From the NCBI GenBank assembly GCA_963805085.1, contig CAWDTA010000002.1, positions 672,001 through 736,000 on the forward strand: a DNA stretch of 64,000 bases. Reading direction: 5' to 3'. This DNA is from an uncultured Veillonellaceae bacterium. GTDB lineage: Bacteria; Bacillota; Negativicutes; JARBTT01. A model generated the notes under the pieces. That model saw only the letters and a program-made list of their open reading frames with translations. It did not search any database and was not told the origin of the DNA. The translations under genes were made by a program, and so were the position numbers. Numbering within the stretch: the first letter of the stretch is position 1; every line of letters starts with the position of its first letter. Positions 56,131 through 64,000 of the stretch are shown here, piece by piece.

Positions 56131-57432
56131 TTAAAGATTTTCCCGGTAAAGAGGCATACTCATACATCTTGGACCGCCTCTTCCTCTTGACAATTCTGAC
56201 GATGGAATAACATGAAGTTTTACGCCATAACTTTCTAAAATTTGATTTGTAATATGGTTTCTTGCATATACTACAACCTCACCTGGTGCAATTGCTAAGG
56301 TATTAGCACCGTCATTCCATTGCTCTCTTGCTCCGTGAATCTTATCACCATTACCGCATCTTATAAGAGTGACTTTCCTATCTAAATGTTTTTCTAAGAT
56401 ATCTTCTAATTTCATATCTTGCTTTTCAATTTTTATTTTTAGCCCATTTCGAATATCTTCATGTTTGGTCATCTCATAAACTGTTAACGGCCCTTCGATT
56501 TCAGAATGAATAGTAAACTTATCATAATCAACCATTGTAAACACAGTATCCAAATGCATAAAAGCTCTTGATGATGGGATATGAAAAGCTAATACCGTTT
56601 CAAATTCAGAATTGCTTTCAAATAATTTTCTACATACTTTTTCTACCGAAGCTGAATCAGTTCTTTGAGAAATGCCTATAGCTAAAACCTTATTATTTAA
56701 AATTAATTCATCTCCGCCTTCTATAGATGTTTTTTCTTCTCTATTAAACCATAGGGGAATATCAGCATTTTTAAATCTTGGGTGATTTTTAAATATATAT
56801 TTTGCAAAGATAGTTTCCCTATTTCTAGTTTGAGTCCGCATATGATTAAGAGTAATCCCATTTCCAATAGTCGCAAATGGATCTCTGGTAAAATATAGGT
56901 TTGGCATTGGATCACAAATAAATGGATAAGAATTATTTACTTGATCATTAAGAGAAGAACGGTTAAAATTCGTTAATTCTTCTCGCCTTACTCCAGCCAT
57001 CATTTTATCAATCATGTCCTTCTCTGAAAAGCTATAAAAGTATTCAGTCAAAGCCGCTTTTAAGCTTTTACTTTCAATAAAAGCCTCATCAATAAACCGA
57101 CTTACAAACTCATTTTTTACACTTGCATCTGCAATTGCTTCGGATGCAAGTTTTTCTAAGTAAAGAACTTCGACTCCATTATTTTTTAAAACACCTGCAA
57201 AAAAATCGTGTTCTTTTCTCGCTACCTCTAAATATGGAATATCATCAAATAATAATCTCTCTAAAAGTTCAGGCGTTAAATTTTCTACTTCTTCTCCTGG
57301 CCTGTGTAGTAAAACCGTTTTTAGTTTCCCAATTTCAGACGTGACATTTAGACATTTACTCTTCAACCCGCTTAATTTTTCACAAGATTCAGATGATTCA
57401 TTTAATTCATATTTCAAGACAGTGTTTTTCAT
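56131..57432 (-). CDS. arcA: arginine deiminase
   Basis: [35 protein letters not shown]. Confidence 0.96.
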   Translation of the reverse strand: MKNTVLKYELNESSESCEKLSGLKSKCLNVTSEIGKLKTVLLHRPGEEVENLTPELLERLLFDDIPYLEVARKEHDFFAGVLKNNGVEVLYLEKLASEAIADASVKNEFVSRFIDEAFIESKSLKAALTEYFYSFSEKDMIDKMMAGVRREELTNFNRSSLNDQVNNSYPFICDPMPNLYFTRDPFATIGNGITLNHMRTQTRNRETIFAKYIFKNHPRFKNADIPLWFNREEKTSIEGGDELILNNKVLAIGISQRTDSASVEKVCRKLFESNSEFETVLAFHIPSSRAFMHLDTVFTMVDYDKFTIHSEIEGPLTVYEMTKHEDIRNGLKIKIEKQDMKLEDILEKHLDRKVTLIRCGNGDKIHGAREQWNDGANTLAIAPGEVVVYARNHITNQILESYGVKLHVIPSSELSRGRGGPRCMSMPLYRENL

Positions 57433-57706
57433 ATTTCACCCTTCCTATCTCTTATAAAGTTTTAAACTATTGTGCAATTTATAATCTATACAATCAGAAA
57501 AGTAAATCACATAAAGAACTGGAAAATTGTTGCTCCAAAGTAAGTTCGTAGCTTTATATCCTATAACAGAATAACTAAACCTACTTCTTCTTTCCGAAAA
57601 ATTTGATTGATTCAGCATGCTAAGTGATAAAGTATATTGCATTCAAAAAAACAATATATTAAATACAATATAATATAATAACCCCCCGAGTGGTTACTAT
57701 ATTATA

Positions 57707-57735
57707 AATATAAAAAAATTATTGATTTTTGTCAA
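57707..57735 (-). promoter_or_regulatory. candidate arc operon promoter
   Basis: TTGACA (57735-57730)-17-TATATT (57712-57707). Confidence 0.45.
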
Positions 57736-58063
57736 ATATCATATTTTTATGTTTTAATCATTTAGGTTCAAAAAAGAATAAATATTTAACGATTAAAAGA
57801 TATTATGCAAAATCCAAATATCATAAATACTTTAAATTGTTGACTTTATTGCAAAATATTACAAATAAAAAAAATAATTATTCATTTTAAAAATTTTTTT
57901 ATTTTTTATAGACAAATACAACAATTTGTTACATTTCGACTTAATTCGACCAATATATTTAGAAAATAGATATTTAAACCAAAACTGACACCATATGAAA
58001 TATGATGTCAGTTTGCATAATTTTATAATATTGAGTTATAGAGCTCTTATACTTAGTATTTCT

Positions 58064-58615
58064 TTAATAACAGTTTATAATATCTTTATAATTTCCAATA
58101 TCATCTATCGAAATAGTTTTAAAGTTATCACTTAAAGTATCTTCACTCAAAGATTTATTATCTAATAAAATTCTAAATTTAGTAATAACTTGCTTGACTA
58201 TATCCGCTGATGTAATTACTACAAAAATAGTATTAGCACCAGCAATAGTGCCAATTATCTCTGGCCATTTTACATAATCAATGAAAAAAGCAACTGCTTC
58301 AGCCGTACCAGCTAATGTTTTAATTACAACAATGTTTCCGCTAAAATCAACAGATATAATAGAATCCTGAAAAATTCTCAACCGAGTTTGAGCATAAGCA
58401 GCATTTTGACCTACTGGAAGCGAGTATCGGTACCGTCCATTGCCGATTGGCAGTTTAAGTAACATTAATCTTCTAATATCTCTTGACACTGTGGCTTGAG
58501 TTACTTCAACACCTTCTTGTTTTAATGCTTCTGCCAATTCTTCCTGAGTATCAATAACCTGCTGTTCGATAATTCGTTTAATTTTCTCAAGTCGTAAATT
58601 TTTCACAAAATCCAC
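58064..58615 (-). CDS. argR: ArgR/AhrC-family regulator with atypical effector site
   Basis: TQEEL, TQATVSRDI DNA-binding helix; GTIAGANT instead of GTIAGDDT; terminator hairpin at ~57982-58014. Confidence 0.85.
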   Translation of the reverse strand: MDFVKNLRLEKIKRIIEQQVIDTQEELAEALKQEGVEVTQATVSRDIRRLMLLKLPIGNGRYRYSLPVGQNAAYAQTRLRIFQDSIISVDFSGNIVVIKTLAGTAEAVAFFIDYVKWPEIIGTIAGANTIFVVITSADIVKQVITKFRILLDNKSLSEDTLSDNFKTISIDDIGNYKDIINCY

Positions 58616-59412
58616 TCCTTATTTCATTTATTCATAATGACTAGCAAGAGCCCTTAACACCAATTTAAATTCAAAATCTAATCCACCAGCTTTTAAAATC
58701 ATAGTTTTATATTAATTTACTACTATATTCAATTTCCGAATATAAGGCATTATGGAAGTATGTTACTAAATTTACTTTCATGATATAACTAAAACAGTTA
58801 ATTAGTCAACCAAGTATATTTCTGTAATGTTTCTTGACGCTTTGTCACTGATTAATATACTACTGCCCATAATATCTAACTTTACATCCAAAAATTTTCC
58901 TGTTGAATAGTTTTAGTAGGAAAACTTCTCAGTATAAATATGAATAAAATGCATATTTATAAACAAGTATGTCAATCAATCTGTTTATAATTGAATCTTT
59001 AAAACCTAGCAATAAATGTTAGAAATTAAGGAGATAGTATTTGTTATCGACGAGAAATTCACTCTAAAATGAGAGCATCGTTTGAATTGACTGCAAATAT
59101 TTAGTTACTGATATTGTCAAATGGAGCAGGACTAAAAAGCGTAGAAAAGCTTATATTGCAAAAAAAAATTAACATTATAGTTCTCATGCGATTGTGAACA
59201 TAACTTATCCCTTGATTGTTAATTTTAGTTCAAAAAATATAAAAATTTTTTTTAGAATTAATAGAAATGTCAGACAATAAACCTAAATGAATTCTACGCA
59301 AGACATAGTGTACATTTTTTATCAAAACAAAAAAATGGTAGGATGCCAGTTAACCGTGGCTTATATTTGAATATTTATACACGTACAGCAATGAAATTTT
59401 CTATATAAAAAT

Positions 59413-59468
59413 AAAAAATAATCGGGTGGCTATCTTTATAAAAAAGGATAACCACCCGATTATTTTAT
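59413..59468. terminator. bidirectional-type terminator downstream of yitT
   Basis: ATAATCGGGTGGCTATCTTT..AAGGATAACCACCCGATTAT flanked by A/T runs. Confidence 0.8.
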
Positions 59469-59483
59469 TTATTTCATCCACAA

Positions 59484-60380
59484 TTAGTGAATTGCTTTCT
59501 TTTTAAATCGTCCACCCATAATATCGTGAACCTCGTTGATAGTTACGAACGCTGCATCGTCTTTTTCCATAACAATCGCTTTCATTTTCTCTACTTCCAA
59601 ACGCGTAATCACGCAATATAAAACTTTCTTTGATTCCCCTGAGTAACCACCTTCACCATGAAGAATTGTCACTCCACGACCAAGTCTTGCCATTAATGCA
59701 TCAGCAATTTCTTCCGGTTCACTGCTGACAATCATTATTGCTTTCGATTCATCAATACCAGCAATTACAGTATCCATCATCTTGGAAATGATAAAATAAG
59801 CAACGAGCGAATACATCGCCTTATCCCACGTGAAGACTAACCCCGCACTACTTAAAATAAATAAATTGATAAACATGACGATTTCGCCAACGGAGAATCC
59901 ACTTCGTTTATCAAAAATAATGGCCACAATCTCTGTACCATCCAGCGACCCACCACTACGAATAATCAACCCAACACCTAGTCCAACCAAGATCCCCCCA
60001 AAAATAGTTGCCAAGAACAAATCATGCGTCAGTACTTCTACCGGATGAAATTGATTGGTCCAAAAAGCCAAGGAACAAATAGCAAACGTTGTCGATATCG
60101 CAAACGTTTTACCAATCTGCTTATAACCTAAATACAAAAAAGGAAGATTCAATAGTACTATAAATAAGCCAATGGATTGCCCTGTCAAATAACTTGCCAT
60201 AATAGAAACGCCGACAACGCCACCATCAATAATATTATTAGGCACTAGAAACATCTCTAACCCAACTGCTGTAATAATGGAGCCAATAAACATAAAGAGA
60301 TATTTTCTGATATACTCCCATGTTTTCTTTTTCTTTGGTTTTGGATTACTAGGTTGAAACTTAGGCTTATCATCTACCAT
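59484..60380 (-). CDS. yitT: YitT/DUF161 family membrane protein
   Basis: PNNIIDGG, LNLPFL, GGSLDGTE, LGRGVT..GGYS; ATG 60380 after GGAG. Confidence 0.85.
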   Translation of the reverse strand: MVDDKPKFQPSNPKPKKKKTWEYIRKYLFMFIGSIITAVGLEMFLVPNNIIDGGVVGVSIMASYLTGQSIGLFIVLLNLPFLYLGYKQIGKTFAISTTFAICSLAFWTNQFHPVEVLTHDLFLATIFGGILVGLGVGLIIRSGGSLDGTEIVAIIFDKRSGFSVGEIVMFINLFILSSAGLVFTWDKAMYSLVAYFIISKMMDTVIAGIDESKAIMIVSSEPEEIADALMARLGRGVTILHGEGGYSGESKKVLYCVITRLEVEKMKAIVMEKDDAAFVTINEVHDIMGGRFKKKAIH

Positions 60381-60678
60381 AGATTCACACTCCAATCTTT
60401 AATGTAAAAAATTTTTTCTACACGAAATGCTAGGATATCATTTACAAAGACATTTAGTTAGATAACCTATATTTTCTTTCTATACATATATTATACACAT
60501 ATTATACAACCCATGGCAAATTGAGCTTAAATAAAAATGATGTAATACTCTAATTTTAGCATTCTTTGTATAATAAAGTATTTTCGTGAAAAAGATAATA
60601 TTGTTTATCCTAAATTGATATTTTTATTATAAATTTAAGACAAAACTTCCTGGAATAAATTTCATTTATAAATTTATG

Positions 60679-60735
60679 TGACCGATTGTGATTATTTGCA
60701 TGATTTTCGTGATTGACTTTGACTGTTTGTGATGG
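60679..60735 (+). promoter_or_regulatory. FruR (DeoR-type) operator: ~10-bp direct repeats overlapping the promoter
   Basis: TGA-starting units at 60679, 60689, 60701, 60710, 60720, 60730 resembling TGAWWGWTTT fru-operator repeats. Confidence 0.7.
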
Positions 60736-60755
60736 TACTCTAGTCATGAGAGGAC

Positions 60756-61511
60756 GTGATTACTATATTAACAGAAGAACGTTATGCAACTATATTGAAA
60801 ATACTAGACGAAAAAAAAGTCGCAACCGTCCTTGACCTAACCAAATTACTCAATTCTTCTGAATCAACGGTTAGACGTGATTTAACCGTGCTTCATAATA
60901 ACGGAAAGTTATATAAAGTCTACGGTGGAGCAACTTCCATCGATAATAATTACAGCACCCGCGAAGAAGATATTGTCACAAAAAAAGATCTTCATACCGA
61001 AGACAAATTGGCCATTGCTCGCTGTGCTGCAAACTTAATTGAACGCAATGATTTTGTCTATATCGACGCCGGAACTACCACCGATTTAATGATTGATTTA
61101 CTTACGGAAGTAAATGCGAATTATGTTACCAATGGCATTAACCATGCGAGTAAATTAGCTGCTCGTGGCTTCAATACTTTTATATTAAGTGGCAGGATTA
61201 AAAGCGCTACAGCAGCTGTCATCGGCACTGAAGCAATGGATAGTTTAAACCGCTACAATTTCACCAAAGGTTTTTTTGGCGTAAATGGGATAAGTACCAA
61301 GTCCGGTTTTAGTACACCGGATGCAGCAGAAGGTTCGATAAAAGCAGAAGCGTTATCCCGGTGTAAAAAAGCGTATGTACTCTCGGACACTTCAAAATTC
61401 AATAAAATTTCACCGATTACCTTTGCTAATATTTCATGCGCGACTATCATTACCAATCAATTACTTGATAAAAAATATCGTGATTATACAACTATTATAG
61501 AGGTGGAATAA
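60756..61511 (+). CDS. fruR: DeoR-family fructose repressor
   Basis: SESTVRRDL, YGGA, IDAGTT; upstream of fruK-fruA. Confidence 0.9.
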   Translation: MITILTEERYATILKILDEKKVATVLDLTKLLNSSESTVRRDLTVLHNNGKLYKVYGGATSIDNNYSTREEDIVTKKDLHTEDKLAIARCAANLIERNDFVYIDAGTTTDLMIDLLTEVNANYVTNGINHASKLAARGFNTFILSGRIKSATAAVIGTEAMDSLNRYNFTKGFFGVNGISTKSGFSTPDAAEGSIKAEALSRCKKAYVLSDTSKFNKISPITFANISCATIITNQLLDKKYRDYTTIIEVE

Positions 61512-61515
61512 AAAT

Positions 61516-62421
61516 ATGATTTATACAGTTACTTTTAACCCATCATTAGATTATATCGTAAAACTAGATACGTTTAAAACAGGTGAGGTTAACCGTACAA
61601 AAACAGAAATACTCTACTGCGGCGGTAAAGGGATTAACGTTTCGATCGTCTTAAAAAATCTTGGTTTTACGAGTAAGGCTCTTGGCTTTATTGCCGGCTT
61701 TATCGGTAAAGAGATTGAAAACCGCTTAAACATACTTGGCTGTGAAAGTAATTTCATTGAACTGACAAATGGTCTTTCGCGTATCAATGTAAAAATAAAA
61801 GCTGAAGAAGAAAGTGAAATTAACGGTCAAGGACCATTAATCGACGAAGCTGCTTTAACTACATTATTTACACAATTAGATACACTAACTGCTGGCGATA
61901 CACTTGTACTAGCTGGTAGCATTCCGAATACTTTACCGAGCGATATTTACGAAAAAATCATGGCTCATTTAATGGATAAAGACATTCATATCATCGTTGA
62001 TGCAACCTGCTCTTTATTATTAAATGTTTTAAAATACAAACCATTCTTAATTAAACCTAACAACCACGAATTGGGTGAAATGTTTGGTGTTACATTAAAG
62101 AGCGATGATGAAATCATCACCTATGCTAAAAAGCTTCAAGACCTTGGTGCACAAAATGTTCTTATATCCATGGCTGGTGCTGGAGCAATTCTCCTAACTA
62201 GCAATAAAGATGTTTATAAAAGCCAAGCTCCTCGAGGTACAGTCATAAATTCTGTTGGCGCAGGTGATTCTATGGTAGCAGGCTTCTTAGCGGGTTATCT
62301 AGAAAGTGGCGATTTACAAAAAGCTTTTAAAATGGGCGTAGCCACTGGTAGCGCTAGTGCTTTTTCCGAAGAACTAGCAACAAAAGCCGAAGTTGAAAAA
62401 CTTTTAAATTCTTTATTATAA
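61516..62421 (+). CDS. fruK: 1-phosphofructokinase
   Basis: TFNPSLD, GGKGINVS, IKPNNHEL, NSVGAGDS. Confidence 0.92.
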   Translation: MIYTVTFNPSLDYIVKLDTFKTGEVNRTKTEILYCGGKGINVSIVLKNLGFTSKALGFIAGFIGKEIENRLNILGCESNFIELTNGLSRINVKIKAEEESEINGQGPLIDEAALTTLFTQLDTLTAGDTLVLAGSIPNTLPSDIYEKIMAHLMDKDIHIIVDATCSLLLNVLKYKPFLIKPNNHELGEMFGVTLKSDDEIITYAKKLQDLGAQNVLISMAGAGAILLTSNKDVYKSQAPRGTVINSVGAGDSMVAGFLAGYLESGDLQKAFKMGVATGSASAFSEELATKAEVEKLLNSLL

Positions 62422-62433
62422 GGGGGATATATT

Positions 62434-64000
62434 ATGCGTATTACTGATTTATTAAAAGCTAATGGGATTGCTTTAAATGCACAAGTAACATCAAAATCTG
62501 AAGCAATAGATACATTAGTTGACCTAATGGTAACTACAGGAAATATCTCGGACAAAGAAGAGTATAAAAAGGCTGTACTCGCACGCGAAGCAAGTAGCAC
62601 AACTGGTATTGGTGAAGCAATTGCAATTCCGCATGCGAAAAGTGCAGCGGTTAAATCCGCAGGTCTTGCTGCTATGATAGTTAAAGATGGTGTTGATTAC
62701 GAATCTTTAGATGGCCAACCAGCAAAACTGTTTTTCCTAATCGCCGCTCCTGATACTTCTGCTGATTTACATGTGGAAGTCTTAAGTCGTCTAGCTACCA
62801 TTCTTATGGATAGCAACTTTAAAAATGGTTTAATCAATGCCACGAGCACTGCTGAATTCTTAAAATTAATTGATGAAACAGAAACAAAAAAATTCCCCGA
62901 TGAAGCGCAAGCACCCGCTACTACTGCAGCAAAATCTGGTTATCAAGTACTTGCTGTTACTGCTTGTCCAACAGGCATTGCTCATACTTTTATGGCAGCA
63001 GAAAAACTGGAACAAACAGCAAAAGAAATGGGTATCTCAATTAAAGTCGAAACAAACGGCTCCGGCGGTGCAAAAAATGTGCTGACAGCCGCAGAAATTA
63101 GAAATGCTGATTGCATCATCATCGCTGCTGATAAAAATGTGGAACTGGCTCGTTTCAACGGCAAGCCAGTTATCCAAACGAAAGTCGCCGATGGGATTCA
63201 TAAAGCCAAAGAATTATTAACAAGAGCTACAACGTCTGAAGTTCCTATTTACCAAAGTGGCTCAAAAGCATCCGTGACTGAAGACGATGCCAATGAAAGT
63301 GTCGGTCGTACAATCTATAAACATTTAATGAATGGTGTTTCACATATGCTTCCATTTGTTATTGGTGGCGGGATCTTAATTGCGCTTGCTTTCTTATTTG
63401 ATGATTATACAATCGATCCTTCAAAATTTGGTTCTAATACGCCAACTGCCGCTTTCTTGATGAAGATTGGCGGCACAGCGTTTGGCTTCATGCTTCCTGT
63501 ACTTGCTGGCTTTATCGCAATGAGTATTGGTGATCGCCCTGCACTTGCTGTCGGCTTTGTTGGTGGCGCCCTTGCTAATATGGGTGGTTCTGGTTTCTTG
63601 GGTGCGTTAATCGCTGGTTTCGTTGCCGGTTATATCGTACTAGGCCTGAGAAAAATATTCTCCGGTCTACCTCAGTCCTTAGAAGGCCTCAAACCTGTTC
63701 TCCTCTATCCTTTCTTCGGTGTTCTTCTTATTGGTGCTATTATCATATTGGTTATTAATCCACCAGTAGGTGCTATCAATGCTTGGATGGCAGCTAGTTT
63801 AAACTCCTTAGGATCTGGCAGTAAAATTTTCCTTGGTATTTTACTAGGTGGTATGATGGCTGTCGATATGGGTGGCCCAGTGAATAAAGCCGCTTATGTA
63901 TTCGGTACAGCATCGCTCGCAAATGGTCAATATGAAATCATGGCAGCCGTTATGGCTGGTGGTATGGTTCCACCTCTTGCAATCGCACTTTGCACGACCT
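62434..64000 (+). CDS. fruA: PTS fructose EIIABC (3' truncated by window edge; absent from the ORF track)
   Basis: ATG CGT ATT after GGGGG; STTGIGEAIAIPHAK (EIIA), ACPTGIAHTFMA (EIIB), HLMNGVSHMLPF and DMGGPVNK (EIIC). Confidence 0.93.
   Translation, partial: MRITDLLKANGIALNAQVTSKSEAIDTLVDLMVTTGNISDKEEYKKAVLAREASSTTGIGEAIAIPHAKSAAVKSAGLAAMIVKDGVDYESLDGQPAKLFFLIAAPDTSADLHVEVLSRLATILMDSNFKNGLINATSTAEFLKLIDETETKKFPDEAQAPATTAAKSGYQVLAVTACPTGIAHTFMAAEKLEQTAKEMGISIKVETNGSGGAKNVLTAAEIRNADCIIIAADKNVELARFNGKPVIQTKVADGIHKAKELLTRATTSEVPIYQSGSKASVTEDDANESVGRTIYKHLMNGVSHMLPFVIGGGILIALAFLFDDYTIDPSKFGSNTPTAAFLMKIGGTAFGFMLPVLAGFIAMSIGDRPALAVGFVGGALANMGGSGFLGALIAGFVAGYIVLGLRKIFSGLPQSLEGLKPVLLYPFFGVLLIGAIIILVINPPVGAINAWMAASLNSLGSGSKIFLGILLGGMMAVDMGGPVNKAAYVFGTASLANGQYEIMAAVMAGGMVPPLAIALCTT

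Noticed and set aside
57445-57642. 65-aa ORF upstream of arcA as a leader peptide
   Set aside because: No RBS, no attenuator structure, and atypical composition
58931-58963. Tandem ARG boxes upstream of argR
   Set aside because: Only partial consensus matches with non-standard 19-bp spacing in very AT-rich DNA

Overview
AT-rich chromosomal window. The 16S sequence and gene content fit an anaerobic Negativicutes (Selenomonadales/Sporomusales-like) firmicute; this is an inference and was not checked against a database. Left to right: arsR-arsD-arsA (minus strand, running off the left edge); a complete minus-strand rRNA operon with no spacer tRNA; pheA-aroF under a Phe T-box; a glycerol cluster glpF-glpK-glpABC plus a second, catalytically degenerate glpK; an XRE regulator; an ABC-F ATPase; a galactitol/tagatose PTS operon; a GH43, a LacY-family permease and their regulator; a GABA-type catabolic set (aminotransferase, PucR-family regulator, aldehyde dehydrogenase) split by a VIT gene and a ~6 kb accessory patch; a secreted tandem-domain metallopeptidase-like protein; a purple-acid-phosphatase-like protein; an LDH-like enzyme; an MCP/TrmB/arginine deiminase (arc)/argR block; yitT; and fruRKA (truncated at the right edge). 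The most notable signals are: (1) a full antisense-RNA transcription-attenuator architecture (U-turn loop, antiterminator, terminator, convergent promoters) in front of orphan ORFs at ~35.9-36.8 kb; (2) two accessory blocks bounded by duplicated terminator sequence, one holding two decayed REP-flanked HUH/Y1 (RAYT-like) transposases; (3) a three-copy structured repeat with G-U covariation, one copy inside the rRNA spacer; (4) intact paralogs lacking key residues (a GlpK pseudokinase and an ArgR without the arginine-binding DD); (5) ANTAR-like hairpin/terminator leaders on both GABA genes. Coordinates were counted by eye and may be off by a few bases. No database searches were possible.
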